This document shows, in pieces, positions 40,938-51,578 of a DNA stretch of 64,000 nucleotides (positions within the stretch are counted from its first letter, which is position 1; each line of letters starts with the position of its first letter). Below the pieces are notes generated by a model, which made no database searches, was not told where the DNA came from, and saw only the letters and a list, made by a program, of their open reading frames with translations. The translations under genes and the position numbers were made by a program. This DNA comes from Rubripirellula sp. (GTDB taxonomy: Bacteria; Planctomycetota; Planctomycetia; Pirellulales; Pirellulaceae): positions 64,001-128,000 of the forward strand of contig OZ244207.1 in assembly GCA_965216875.1 (NCBI GenBank), written 5' to 3'.

Positions 40938-42200
40938 CTACTGATTCAGCTCTTCCTCGATGATCTCTTTGGAAGCTCGTGTGCCGAGTGCTCCCCAAAG
41001 CCCATAGGGGCTTGCTTCGCCAGCGATGTTGGGGTTTGTCGTATGACCGGTGAAGACGGCTACGACGGCGTTGTCGTAGAGGTTGCCGGCGTCGATGCTG
41101 TCGCTCATGAAGATCACAGCGCCGTCTCCCATCAACACGTGAGCACCGCCTTCGTGACGGCTGCCAGCTGTGGAGATGAAGTACCAGTTGCCATCGGAAC
41201 CGTTGGTAGAACAGTTGGCACGGTTGGGGGGCAACATTGTTTGGAAGGCTGTGTAGGTCAGCCGGCCATCGCCCCAACGTCCACCGCGCGAGCGAATCGG
41301 ACCTGTTTCAACCGTAAAACCATCGGCGTAAAACTGCGGACGCTCGGGATCGATGTGAGGGCCTTCCATGCAGAGCGCGGGCTGGCCAGCACCGTCCCAG
41401 GTTCCTGTTCCTCGCAGTGAAATGTCACGTACCCAGTCGGCCTTGATTTCGCGGTTGCCAAGCGACGTGCAGATCTCTCCGGCGGCGATCGTGTTGGAAA
41501 GACCGTCCAGGCAATCGCGGAATTTGGTTTCGTGTCGGCTCCAGAAGAACCCACGGTTCGAAGCGCGAGCTCGGATCGCCATGGTCTGGTCGTTGGTCGT
41601 GACGTTTTCCCAGGGTTGTCGATAGAAGCCCAGTTCGTTTCGACCGCCGACGTAGCACGAGTCAATCGTGTCACCCAAGCAAGCGGCATAGTTTGAACGA
41701 CCAGTTGCGACGTCCAGTACTCCCGGATCACTAGGGCAGCGGAACGTTGGGATTTCGGTCGCCCACGGCACATAGGCTGGTTGCCAGGGTGCGGGCCCCA
41801 TCGGTGGCCAAGTTCCGTTGATCACATCGCCGGGCATACTCGAGCCAGGAGTCACGTCCTGGCTTGGATTGGAAATGCTTTCCCACAACGCTTGCTGTTC
41901 GCAATAAGGCAAGATGGGAACAAGCCAGCTGAGGAACAAACGGTTGCTGTTGTTGGTCACACCACCAGCAAACGTTCGTGACGTACCGGTCATGTTGTTG
42001 GGCAGTTGCTTGAACGCACTGTGGTAGTTGTGCACGGCCAAGCCAATTTGCTTGAAGTTGTTGCTACAACTCATGCGACGCGCGGCTTCGCGTGCAGCCT
42101 GGACGGCAGGCAGCAGCAAGCCGACCAACACGCCAATGATGGCGATCACAACCAACAATTCCACCAAGGTGAAACCGCTGTGACGGCGAGGGACATTCAT
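40938..42200 (-). CDS. DUF1559 prepilin-type protein with H-X9-DG C-terminal motif
   Basis: [60 protein letters not shown]. Confidence 0.95.
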   Translation of the reverse strand: MNVPRRHSGFTLVELLVVIAIIGVLVGLLLPAVQAAREAARRMSCSNNFKQIGLAVHNYHSAFKQLPNNMTGTSRTFAGGVTNNSNRLFLSWLVPILPYCEQQALWESISNPSQDVTPGSSMPGDVINGTWPPMGPAPWQPAYVPWATEIPTFRCPSDPGVLDVATGRSNYAACLGDTIDSCYVGGRNELGFYRQPWENVTTNDQTMAIRARASNRGFFWSRHETKFRDCLDGLSNTIAAGEICTSLGNREIKADWVRDISLRGTGTWDGAGQPALCMEGPHIDPERPQFYADGFTVETGPIRSRGGRWGDGRLTYTAFQTMLPPNRANCSTNGSDGNWYFISTAGSRHEGGAHVLMGDGAVIFMSDSIDAGNLYDNAVVAVFTGHTTNPNIAGEASPYGLWGALGTRASKEIIEEELNQ

Positions 42201-42297
42201 CAAAGACCTCTAAGAGAACAGAAAGGAAACAAAAGCGCAGCAGCGATCCCAAAGAGTCACCGCTACTCATAAACAGAAAATCAAAAAGGGGGACGAC

Positions 42298-42465
42298 TCA
42301 AACGCCGTCACCGCTGGGTGCTTGACCAACTTCGTCGTTGTACGCTTCGATGTCCGCTTGGTTGAATTGCGACTGATCGATCACCTGGTTCGGTGGTTCG
42401 GAACAACCGACAGAGAACGCTGCGACGGTGGCAAACAGAAAGAGAGCAAATGGAATGCGGGGCAT
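42298..42465 (-). CDS. Small lipoprotein
   Basis: 55 aa; hydrophobic signal with lipobox SVG-C, acidic tail; directly upstream of DUF1559 gene. Confidence 0.75.
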   Translation of the reverse strand: MPRIPFALFLFATVAAFSVGCSEPPNQVIDQSQFNQADIEAYNDEVGQAPSGDGV

Positions 42466-42683
42466 CAAAATCGGCTCGAATAAGGAAGGGAAAATGATGT
42501 GACCAGCCGGGCCAAGCCTGAATGAGGCGACCCGAAAAAGGGTGATCACGAAACCACTCTGGTTGCAGGGGGAATAGCCGCCCTAACGTGCATCTTTCGA
42601 CCTTTCTTCGTTTTTTTTCTGAATTCAGAATCGGTCGTGTCAAAATCCCCGAAAGGTTTTTGCACCTTTGGCTATTACTGGTG

Positions 42684-43229
42684 ATGGATAAAAGCGTTTC
42701 AAAATTCGAGCTCACGCCTGATTGGGTGCTTCGTTTGACCGATGCCCAGCCGAGGTTGTATGGCTTTCTTCTTAAGCGTCTAGGCAATAGCGATCAAGCT
42801 CAAGAAGTCCTCCAAGAAGTGAACCTGGTGATGTGCCGAAACGCCGACGCCTATCAGGCGGGGACGGACTTCATGGCCTGGGCTTTTTCGGTCGCTCGTT
42901 TCCAAGTGCTCGCGTTTCGCAAGCGGCAATCCCGCGATCGATTGGTTTTTCCGAGCGACCTTTTTGGTTCTCTCGAATCACTTGACGAAGACCTGTACCC
43001 GCACGAGCTCGCCGAAATCCGCCAAATGGCGCTTCGTGAATGCATGAAGAGTCTGCCAGACCATCAAACGCGGTTGGTCAGCCAGAGGTATGGTCAATCG
43101 ATGACAGTCAAATCGATTGCTGATGAACTCGGCAAAAGCGCCAATGCTGTTAGCATTGTGTTACACCGCGTTCGCGAACAGCTGATGAAGTGTGTTCAAC
43201 AGCGATTGTTGAAAGAAGAAACTCTATGA
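42684..43229 (+). CDS. ECF sigma-70 factor (Rhodopirellula/Verrucomicrobium type)
   Basis: QPRLYGF, AQEVLQEVN, FMAWAFSVARFQVL, region 4 IADELGKSANAVSIVLHRVR. Confidence 0.93.
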   Translation: MDKSVSKFELTPDWVLRLTDAQPRLYGFLLKRLGNSDQAQEVLQEVNLVMCRNADAYQAGTDFMAWAFSVARFQVLAFRKRQSRDRLVFPSDLFGSLESLDEDLYPHELAEIRQMALRECMKSLPDHQTRLVSQRYGQSMTVKSIADELGKSANAVSIVLHRVREQLMKCVQQRLLKEETL

Positions 43230-44995
43230 ACAGCCCAACTGATGACGGCGGTCTCCCGTTTGAAGGAAGCCAACAGCATCAACAGCTACAGCGACTCTTG
43301 CCACAATTGACTGAGGGAAACCTGTCGGCCGATGATGAGCGGTTGCTTGCCGATCTGCTCGCCACGAGCGAGCACGCGAAACGCTACTACCTCAACTACA
43401 TCCAGATTCACACCGAGCTTCAAGCACAGTGGGGCGATCCCGAGGGGACAACCGCGGGCCTTGCGACGCTGGCCGAGCTTGAGTCGTTGGCTGAGCAAGG
43501 AGGTGCTGGAAATAAAGAGCAGGTTGAACTGCACCGCCGAGGCCTTTCCAGTCTGAGCGTTGCCGGTTGGGCGACCGTGTGCGCCGCGATTGCCTGCGCG
43601 TTGTTGATTGCGTTTGTCATCTCGCGAGGCGACGATGCGGCCGGGATTGCTCAATCCGAAACAAGGCTGCGACTGAATCCGAATCCGATCGTGGCTCCGC
43701 CGCAGAGTCACTTCACGCCGTATCCGCCTCGGGGGCGCCGAAATCCTGATGTGGCAGTGATTGTGCGTAGCGAGGACGTGGACAACACGGAGCTCACGGT
43801 CGGCACGCGTCTGCAGCCTGGGATCCTCGAGTTGACCACCGGAACGTTGCAACTTGAATTCATGAGCGGCGCGGTCGTCGCACTCGATGGGCCGGCCGAG
43901 TTCACGATCGAGAGTGAGATGTCGACCACGATGGTCGCCGGCACTGCCAGCGCATACGTTCCGCCACGCGCACGCGGCTTTACGGTCAATGCTCCAAACG
44001 CCGCCGTCGTTGACCTTGGTACCGAATTTGGAATTCGAGTCGGCGACTCGGGAAAGCCCGAGGTTGAGGTCCTTAGCGGTGAGGTCGAGTTGTCCTTGCT
44101 CGGCGCCGATGGCAGCACGTTGCTCAGCCGCCGTGTGCTTGAAGCGACCCAGGTCCAAGTGGACGAGTCGACTCAATCGCTCCGCCAACTCGGTCCCGAA
44201 GAAGGCTCAAAAAGCGAGCTGCCCAAACTGAGGCTCACGTACGAGACGCCGCTCGAAATCCCGAGCCAATACATTGAATCGGTGGTCGCCGCAGAACCGT
44301 TGCTCTATTGGCGCTTCGATGACGCAACGCACGATCACATTGACAATTTGGTCGGCGAAGCACACTCAGGTAGCGTCCTGCTGCGAGGACAAGCCGACGA
44401 GCAAGCGTTACAGCTGGAAAGCGGCTGCATTCGATTCAATGCATCTCCAGGTGCTCGGTGCGTTCTCAGTGAGCCAATCGATGGTCTGAACGAAGGCGAC
44501 TTTTCGATTGAATTATGGCTCAATCCTGATTCGCTCTCTCATGCAACGTGCCTCGGGATTTCACCCGCCAATGCAAAGCTGCAAACCGACTACCTGAACG
44601 TCATTGAAATCGCCAACAAGACCGAGTGGATTCACGAACCTGGCGCCATTCGATTCTTGCATCGCTCACCGCCCGGCACGCATAACTACCTGGGGCGAAA
44701 TGCGTTTAGCCCAGGTGCTTGCACGCCCGGTCGTTGGCATCATGTGGTCGCTACCAAACGCAGCGACACCGTTGAGCTGTTCTTGAACGGCACGATCGTG
44801 CGACGCATCTGGGTCGAGGAAGCGAATTGTCCAGGGGCCTTCGAGCTTTCGCTGGGCCAGCTGACCCGAGAGTCGGGGCAGCGTAAGTTCGTCGGTTCGA
44901 TCGACGAAGTCGCTCTCTACCGCCGTGTTCTCGAGCCGGACGAGGTCGCGGAACACTACAAAATGGTTGCCGAAGTCAACGGATTGGCCGAATAG
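43226..44995 (+). CDS. FecR-like anti-sigma factor with LamG-like jellyroll domain
   Basis: ATGA overlap with sigma; one TM; VVDLGTEFG, VLSGEVE; YWRFD, FSIELW, WHHVV, IDEVALY. Confidence 0.9.
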   Translation: MNSPTDDGGLPFEGSQQHQQLQRLLPQLTEGNLSADDERLLADLLATSEHAKRYYLNYIQIHTELQAQWGDPEGTTAGLATLAELESLAEQGGAGNKEQVELHRRGLSSLSVAGWATVCAAIACALLIAFVISRGDDAAGIAQSETRLRLNPNPIVAPPQSHFTPYPPRGRRNPDVAVIVRSEDVDNTELTVGTRLQPGILELTTGTLQLEFMSGAVVALDGPAEFTIESEMSTTMVAGTASAYVPPRARGFTVNAPNAAVVDLGTEFGIRVGDSGKPEVEVLSGEVELSLLGADGSTLLSRRVLEATQVQVDESTQSLRQLGPEEGSKSELPKLRLTYETPLEIPSQYIESVVAAEPLLYWRFDDATHDHIDNLVGEAHSGSVLLRGQADEQALQLESGCIRFNASPGARCVLSEPIDGLNEGDFSIELWLNPDSLSHATCLGISPANAKLQTDYLNVIEIANKTEWIHEPGAIRFLHRSPPGTHNYLGRNAFSPGACTPGRWHHVVATKRSDTVELFLNGTIVRRIWVEEANCPGAFELSLGQLTRESGQRKFVGSIDEVALYRRVLEPDEVAEHYKMVAEVNGLAE

Positions 44996-45204
44996 ACGCT
45001 CAATTACCGAGTGTCCGGGGGTGAAGCAGATTGTCGCTGAGGGGTTGAGACGTCCCTGAATCGACTAAAATGGGAGTGAGCTTTGACAGCGGCCGCCATC
45101 GTCGGCCGCAACGGTTGACGCGACATTCTTTCCCGCCGCCACAACATCGTCTCGAAAAACCGATCAAAGCCCCACCACTTTCTGAATCTCGGACAATCGA
45201 CTCA

Positions 45205-48084
45205 ATGGTCTTTCCTCTCCAGCCGGCGCGGGTTCTCGTTCTGTTTGCAGCTCTGCCGGCATTGGGCGCGCTCGCAGGCGAACCCGTCAAGCCGCAAACG
45301 ATCCGCTTCAACGATCACATCCGCCCGATCTTCACAAAGCATTGCACCGCTTGCCACGGCGGGGTCAAGCAAGCGGGGGATCTCTCCTTTTCCTATCGCG
45401 ACAAAGTGCTGCCGCCCGATGGCTGGGTTGTCGAGCCAGGCGATCCAGAATCTTCCATTTTGATGGAACGCGTTCTGGCCGAAGCGGAAGACGAAGTGAT
45501 GCCGCCTCCTGAACATGGGCCGCGTCTTTCCGAGCATGAAGTCGCTTTGTTACGCCAATGGATCAAACAGGGCGCATCGTGGAGTGAACATTGGGCGTTC
45601 GAAACACCTCGGCAGCCATCATTGCCCAAGGTCGTCGATCCGTCGTGGTGCCGCCAGCAAATGGACCACTTCGTTCTCGCGGCGCTTGAAGCGAAACATA
45701 TACGCCCCGCAACGGACGAAGCACCACTGCGATGGCTGCGACGCGTGTCACTGGACCTGACCGGTCTGCCGCCGACCATTGAACAACGCGAATCGTTCTT
45801 GAAGCAAGTCGAGACCGAAGGCGAACAAGCCTATGCCAACGCGGTCGACGAACTTCTTCAGTCCGAGCACTTTGGCGAACGCTGGGCGAGCACCTGGCTC
45901 GATCAAGTCCGCTATGCCGATTCAAAGGGCCTCGGGCTCGACGCGCGGCGCCAAATCTGGAAGTACCGCGATTGGGTCATCAATGCACTCAACAGTGATA
46001 TGGCCTATGACACGTTCACGATCAAGCAGATTGCTGGCGACCTTCTTCCAAACTCGAGCATCGACGACCGATTGGCCACCGCTGTCCATCGTTTGACTCA
46101 AACGAACGAAGAAGGCGGAACCGATGATGAAGAATTCCGTGTTGCCGCCGTCCTCGACCGGGTCAACACAACCTGGCAAACGTGGCAAGGCGTGACCTTT
46201 GGATGCGTTCAATGCCACAGCCACCCGTATGATCCATTTGAACAGGACGAGTACTACAAGTTTGCTGCTTTCTTTAACAACACCACCGACAGCGACCTCA
46301 ACGAAGATTGGCCGATCCTGAAGGCGCCGGTCAATCGAGATGACTACGAGCGAGCTTCGACACTCGACCAAGAAATCGCCGAACTTCGCGACCAACTCTG
46401 GACAGAAGAGAGCAAACTCCTGGTCGACGATGCAATTTGGGAACCCCTTGTCGACGTCACCGCCAAAAGCAGCAACGCCACCAAGCTTCGCGTCGATCGC
46501 GTTGGCGAGCACGACGAGTTTTCAACGGTAGGGACGATCACCAGCGGATTAGGCATTTCCCTGACCGCGCCCGTTCCAAGTCGGCTCAAGTCCGTTTCGG
46601 CTTTCAAGGTGACCATCAAACCGCTTGATCCCGATGTTGCGGTCTCCGATTCTGAATGGGGATTCGTTCTGTCGCATGTCGAAGCCAAACTGGTCAACGC
46701 GGAAAAGACGGAGGCGAAACCACTCGAGATCAAGCGAGTGATCATCGACGAACCCAATCCGAACCACGACCCGCAGCAAAGCCTGAACGAAAAATCGAAA
46801 GAAGGCTTCAGTGCTTACACTCGTATTCACTACCCGCGACGCGCAGCCTTCATTCTCAATGAAGCCGTTTCGATTCCCGAAGGCTCGATCATCCAAGTCA
46901 AGCTGAAGCACAAAGTCTTCATCCTGGCGTCGTTTGCCCTCGTGTCGCGTCGTGGTCATGTCGCGCTGACGGATGACCCGCGATTGCTCGAACTGCAATC
47001 GAATCCGGAACGCAAAACGCTTCAAGAAAAACTAGCCAAGCTCAAAAAAGAGCGTTCGGGCATCAAGTCGGCCAACGTGCCCGTGTTGCGGCAGCGACCA
47101 TCGCACCTGCAGCGTCCGACGCATGTCTTTGTACGAGGCTTGTTCCTCACCAAGGACAAAGAGGTACAGCCTGGAACGCCAAAATCTCTGCCCGCATTGG
47201 ACGATAGCGATGGGCCGCCAAACCGATTGACACTTGCTCGCTGGATCGCAAGCGACAAGAACCCACTTACGGCACGCGTCGCAGTGAATCGACTGTGGGC
47301 GCGTCTGTTTGGACAGGGGCTCGTTTCGACCGAAGAAGACTTCGGTTCGTCCGGCGAAACACCGTCGCATCCGAAATTGCTCGATCATTTGGCGGTTCGC
47401 TTTCAGTCGGAATACGATTGGAGCGTCAAAAAGGTACTGCGTGAAATCGTTCTCTCATCCACCTACCGGCAAGATTCGCGGTATCGCGACGATGTTGGCG
47501 AGTTGGATCCGGACAACCGTTGGCTCGCTCGCGGACCGCGGCACCGACTCCCCGCCGAGACGCTCCGTGACCAGGCACTTGCGTTGTCGGGACTACTTGA
47601 TCGAACACTGCACGGCCCGCCCGTTCATCCGCCGATCCCTTCGGGTGTTTGGCAACCCTTCGCTTCAGACAAGTGGGAAACACCCAAGCCTGATCAATCG
47701 GGACGCTACCGCCGGTCGATCTACACCTACACCAAACGAAGCATCCCCTTTCCGATGTTTGCCGCGTTTGACATGCCGTCACGTGAGTTTTGCACACCGC
47801 GCCGGTTGCGATCCAATACGCCACTTCAAGCACTCATGACGCTCAACGACGAAACGTTCCATGAATGCAGCGAGGCGCTCGGCAAGCAGATGATTGAAAA
47901 AGGCGAGACGCCCCAGCAGCAAATTGCCGCCGGTTTCGAACTGGTGGTTTGCCGCAAACCCGATCAATGGGAAGTCGACAAACTAGTGGCGATGCACGAG
48001 CGGATCTCGGAAGCGGGCGGTCAATCGCCAATGACCAATGTTGCCGCCGTGCTGTTGAACCTTGATGAAGTATTAACCAAATAG
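45205..48084 (+). CDS. Planctomycete cytochrome c + DUF1549 + DUF1553 (PSD1) protein
   Basis: [55 protein letters not shown]. Confidence 0.95.
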   Translation: MVFPLQPARVLVLFAALPALGALAGEPVKPQTIRFNDHIRPIFTKHCTACHGGVKQAGDLSFSYRDKVLPPDGWVVEPGDPESSILMERVLAEAEDEVMPPPEHGPRLSEHEVALLRQWIKQGASWSEHWAFETPRQPSLPKVVDPSWCRQQMDHFVLAALEAKHIRPATDEAPLRWLRRVSLDLTGLPPTIEQRESFLKQVETEGEQAYANAVDELLQSEHFGERWASTWLDQVRYADSKGLGLDARRQIWKYRDWVINALNSDMAYDTFTIKQIAGDLLPNSSIDDRLATAVHRLTQTNEEGGTDDEEFRVAAVLDRVNTTWQTWQGVTFGCVQCHSHPYDPFEQDEYYKFAAFFNNTTDSDLNEDWPILKAPVNRDDYERASTLDQEIAELRDQLWTEESKLLVDDAIWEPLVDVTAKSSNATKLRVDRVGEHDEFSTVGTITSGLGISLTAPVPSRLKSVSAFKVTIKPLDPDVAVSDSEWGFVLSHVEAKLVNAEKTEAKPLEIKRVIIDEPNPNHDPQQSLNEKSKEGFSAYTRIHYPRRAAFILNEAVSIPEGSIIQVKLKHKVFILASFALVSRRGHVALTDDPRLLELQSNPERKTLQEKLAKLKKERSGIKSANVPVLRQRPSHLQRPTHVFVRGLFLTKDKEVQPGTPKSLPALDDSDGPPNRLTLARWIASDKNPLTARVAVNRLWARLFGQGLVSTEEDFGSSGETPSHPKLLDHLAVRFQSEYDWSVKKVLREIVLSSTYRQDSRYRDDVGELDPDNRWLARGPRHRLPAETLRDQALALSGLLDRTLHGPPVHPPIPSGVWQPFASDKWETPKPDQSGRYRRSIYTYTKRSIPFPMFAAFDMPSREFCTPRRLRSNTPLQALMTLNDETFHECSEALGKQMIEKGETPQQQIAAGFELVVCRKPDQWEVDKLVAMHERISEAGGQSPMTNVAAVLLNLDEVLTK

Positions 48085-48097
48085 GGAGGCCCATACG

Positions 48098-49585
48098 ATG
48101 AAAAAGCAATCACTCGAAGCAGAGATTCGTCGAGCATCCCTTTTGGATGTCACGCGTCGACACTTCATACAACAGTCGACCGTTGGACTTGGTAGCCTTT
48201 GGCTCGCATCACAAGCACTCGCAAGCGGTGCGCCCTATTCGGCACCGATACATGACGCCAACAATCCGTTGAGTCCGATTGCGCCGCCGCTGCCCGCGAA
48301 AGCAAAACGCGTCATCTTTTTGCATATGGTCGGCGCGCCAAGTCAATTGGAGCTCTTTGATTACAAGCCTGACCTCAAGGAACTGGACGGCAAGGACTGT
48401 CCCGACTCCTTCCTTGAAGGAAAGCGGTTCGCATTTATTCAGGGTACACCCAAGATGCTCGGGCCCCAGTTCCCCTTCGCCCAACATGGCGAAAGTGGTG
48501 CCTGGGTTTCGGACCGTTTGCCGAACTTGGCCAAGCACGTCGATGACATTTGCTTCATCAAGACGATGCAGACGGACCAATTCAACCACGGGCCGGCCCA
48601 ACTGATGGTGCACACCGGGCAATCTCGGATGGGATCGCCTTCGATTGGTTCGTGGGTCACCTGGGGACTGGGAACCGAGAATTCGGACCTGCCCGGTTTT
48701 ATCGTGTTGCTTTCGGGCGGCCGTCAACCGCGCGCCGGGAAAGCACTTTGGAGTGGTGGTTTCCTGCCGTCGGTCTATCAGGGTGTTCAATGTCGATCGC
48801 AAGGCGAGCCGGTCTTGAACATCTCTGACCCGGACGGCGTCAGTCGCCAAACGCGCCGAGAAATGCTCAACACCCTGGGTGAACTCAATCGACGTTCGCA
48901 TGAACACTTTGGCGACCCCGAAACGCTCACACGGATCGCCCAGTACGAGATGTCGTTTCGAATGCAGACGGCAGTTCCCGAAGCAATGGACATCAACAGC
49001 GAGCCAAAGAACGTCCACGAGCGATACGGCACAGAACCGGGCAAAGAATCGTTTGCGAACAACTGCTTGCTCGCACGACGCCTTGTCGAGAAAGGTGTTC
49101 GCTATGTCCAGCTCTACGATTGGGGCTGGGATTCACATGGCGCAGCCAAGTCGGAAGCCCTCAATGGCGGCTTTCACTCGAAGTGCCAACAGATCGATAA
49201 ACCGATCTCGGCGCTTCTGGGTGACCTAAAAGAACGTGGGCTCCTTGAAGACACGCTCGTTGTCTGGAGCGGCGAATTCGGTAGAACGCCAATGCGTGAA
49301 AACCGTGGCGGCAGCGAAATGAAGTTTGTCGGTCGTGACCACAACCCTTCCGCGTTCACACTTTGGATGGCAGGCGGTGGCGTTAAAGGCGGGACGACTT
49401 ATGGCGAAACCGATGCCGTTGGCTATTCCGCTGCCGAGAACCCGGTGCAGCTTCGCGACCTGCATGCAACGATGTTGCATTTGCTCGGTTTTGACCACGC
49501 TCGGATGAGTGTCCCGTTCCAAGGCTTGAACCAGAAACTTACCGGTGTGAAGCCAACGCAAGTGATCAACGACATTTTGGCGTAG
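48098..49585 (+). CDS. DUF1501 domain protein (Tat-type leader)
   Basis: TRRHFI, GAPSQLELFDYKP, LLARRLVEKGVR, WDSH, GEFGRTP, GRDHNP. Confidence 0.95.
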   Translation: MKKQSLEAEIRRASLLDVTRRHFIQQSTVGLGSLWLASQALASGAPYSAPIHDANNPLSPIAPPLPAKAKRVIFLHMVGAPSQLELFDYKPDLKELDGKDCPDSFLEGKRFAFIQGTPKMLGPQFPFAQHGESGAWVSDRLPNLAKHVDDICFIKTMQTDQFNHGPAQLMVHTGQSRMGSPSIGSWVTWGLGTENSDLPGFIVLLSGGRQPRAGKALWSGGFLPSVYQGVQCRSQGEPVLNISDPDGVSRQTRREMLNTLGELNRRSHEHFGDPETLTRIAQYEMSFRMQTAVPEAMDINSEPKNVHERYGTEPGKESFANNCLLARRLVEKGVRYVQLYDWGWDSHGAAKSEALNGGFHSKCQQIDKPISALLGDLKERGLLEDTLVVWSGEFGRTPMRENRGGSEMKFVGRDHNPSAFTLWMAGGGVKGGTTYGETDAVGYSAAENPVQLRDLHATMLHLLGFDHARMSVPFQGLNQKLTGVKPTQVINDILA

Positions 49586-49615
49586 TGCCGAAAAACGCCT
49601 CGGAGCCGCACAACC

Positions 49616-49860
49616 TGTGAGCCGAACGCGCTAGCGTCGGGCCCTACACTCTATTTCACGTTAGGCAATCGCTTGTCATGCGGAGCATGACCTACGGAGA
49701 GGACGCGGAGCGTCCGAAGAACCCGTTACCACGCGGAGCGGGGTAACGAGGACAGGCTAGCGTCGGGCCCTACATTTAACGTACCTACGCTCGCCAGAAC
49801 GTGGTGATACTAAAAACTCGGCTGCGAGTGGGAACCACCTTCTGGCGAAGGTCGCTACGA
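49616..49860 (+). repeat. Mosaic REP array A-B-C-A'-D (left arm of long inverted repeat)
   Basis: gtgagccgaacgcgctagcgtcgggccctacactctatttcacgttag..gtcatgcggagcatgac..ggacgcggagcgtcc..cgttaccacgcggagcggggtaacgag..gctagcgtcgggccctaca..D doublet. Confidence 0.9.
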
Positions 49861-49864
49861 TCAC

Positions 49865-50827
49865 TCAATTCTCAGGCACAAATTCACCATCAGCACGGTG
49901 GGTTAGCTTGCCGAGCAGCTCGGTCGAAATCTGTGGCGAGAAGGTTCGGACGCTTCCGTCACCGAAGACAAAGTTGCAGCCGCCGGTATGGTAGCTGCCA
50001 AAGTTGGTTTGAAAATCTTCGTTCGGGAAACGGGCGATGGGATACCCCGGTCCGCCACATCGAGAAAAGTTGGCAGGGTGATCGCCGTTATAGATTGCTC
50101 CATCTTCAGGAGCGATTCCGGTGTATTGTTCACGCACGTGCTTTTCGCCAATGAAGATCGTGTGGCTCGTGCCATCCAATATGCTGTTGAACGAAGTTTG
50201 GCTTTCCCACTGTTTCAAAATCGCACCGGGCGGCGCAAAGTCCCAACGCGGGACGGTTGGCGGTTCGGTTTCTCCTCGGCCCATGATGAACGCACCATTG
50301 GAAGTGTTCCAATTCCAAACCCCGGCTGGTCCGTGCCCCGCGGAACAGGCATAGTCACTCACGATCCCCGGTACATGGGGGCTCGTTTCGTAGCGTGACA
50401 GAATATCGTCGCCGGAAACGCTGTGGATCTTGCCGCTGCGACGCGAGGGGCAGAAGTACGTTGGCACAGACGTCAACCGCGCCTTGTCACTTTGGTAGTA
50501 GTACTTCAGTTTCGGATCGAGTTCTTCCGAAAGGGCGCCTTGTTCCAGTTCCGGCAAGATCAAGAACGCCCACGTCGTGTAGTGGTCATAGTTGCGCGAT
50601 GGGGGAAGGAAGTCGTAGCGGATGTGAAAGTTCTGAACCGCCAATCCGATTTGCTTCAAGTTGTTTTGACAACTGATCATGCGAGCCGCTTCGCGCGACG
50701 CCTGAACGCCCGGCAGCAGCAAAGCGATCATGATCGCGATGATGCCCATCACCACCATCAACTCAACGAGAGTGAATGCAGAGCGAGCCCTAGAGTGAAC
50801 CGATTGCAACACGGCAGCAACCAACAA
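49865..50827 (-). CDS. DUF1559 prepilin-type protein with H-X9-DG motif
   Basis: [54 protein letters not shown]; start uncertain. Confidence 0.93.
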   Translation of the reverse strand: MLVAAVLQSVHSRARSAFTLVELMVVMGIIAIMIALLLPGVQASREAARMISCQNNLKQIGLAVQNFHIRYDFLPPSRNYDHYTTWAFLILPELEQGALSEELDPKLKYYYQSDKARLTSVPTYFCPSRRSGKIHSVSGDDILSRYETSPHVPGIVSDYACSAGHGPAGVWNWNTSNGAFIMGRGETEPPTVPRWDFAPPGAILKQWESQTSFNSILDGTSHTIFIGEKHVREQYTGIAPEDGAIYNGDHPANFSRCGGPGYPIARFPNEDFQTNFGSYHTGGCNFVFGDGSVRTFSPQISTELLGKLTHRADGEFVPEN

Positions 50828-50974
50828 GATCGAGAAGGATAGGGTCCGACGAGCCGCCTCAACGGCGTTGACACCGCTTCTTTATAACGCCAACAGAAGC
50901 GCCGGGCCAATTCACTGTGCGAATACGTTGGACCGCGTACAGAGATCCAGTGCTGGCTCGCGGGCTGCACCACT

Positions 50975-51182
50975 CCACGCTCTGGCGAGTGTGGCTAGGG
51001 CAGGCAAATGTGTAGGGCCCGCCGCTAGCGCGTTCGGCTCACAGCCGTTCCGCCCTCGTTACCCCGCTCCGCGTGGCAACGGGTCTTCGGACGCTCCGCG
51101 TCCTCTCCGTTTGTCATGCTCCGGATGACAAGCGTTCGGCTAACGTGAAATAGAGTGTAGGCGCTAGCGCGTTCGGCTCACG
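50975..51182 (-). repeat. Mosaic REP array A-B-C-A-D(half) (right arm, inverted)
   Basis: Reverse complement colinear with 49616-49804, including the linker ctacactctatttcacgttag. Confidence 0.9.
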
Positions 51183-51236
51183 GCCGTTCGTAGTCCCGCC
51201 TTTAGGCGGAAGCGATTTCAGATTTCGCGTAGCGAC

Positions 51237-51272
51237 GAAAAAAGCCGCTGACCGATTTGATCAGCGGCTTTT
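51237..51272 (-). terminator. Terminator hairpin downstream of tRNA-Ala
   Basis: aaaagccgctga-ccgatttga-tcagcggctttt, with A run on the left giving a U tract on the minus strand. Confidence 0.85.
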
Positions 51273-51281
51273 GTTGATAAG

Positions 51282-51354
51282 TGGAGGTAAGGGGACTTGA
51301 ACCCCTGACCTTTTGGCTGCCAGCCAAACGCTCTCCCAACTGAGCTATACCCCC
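51282..51354 (-). tRNA. tRNA-Ala (GGC)
   Basis: GGGGGTATAGCTCAGTTGGGAGAGCGTTTGGCTGGCAGCCAAAAGGTCAGGGGTTCAAGTCCCCTTACCTCCA; G3:U70 pair; CCA not encoded. Confidence 0.97.
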
Positions 51355-51578
51355 ATCTGTTCTCACGGGTTCGGTCGGAACCAATGAAAGGGACTCCGCG
51401 GCGGCAAACTTGGTTCGCCCTGCGGGGAGGAAAAGTTAGCAGGTTGCTTTGGGAGTCGTCAAGTGGCTACCTGCCGCCACGATTCGGAACGTCTTGGGCG
51501 TGGCAACGACTCCCTTCCCCCGGCGTTCCCAGGCAAAACCGTACCTGGCACGCTTCTTCGCCCGGAAATCCGCGACGT

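Noticed and set aside
37085..51281. Integrative island at the tRNA-Ala 3' end
   Set aside because: No integrase and no duplicated tRNA 3' end (att) found by eye; gene content is lineage-typical
51282..51354. tRNA lacking encoded CCA as an anomaly
   Set aside because: Common in bacteria; CCA is added enzymatically
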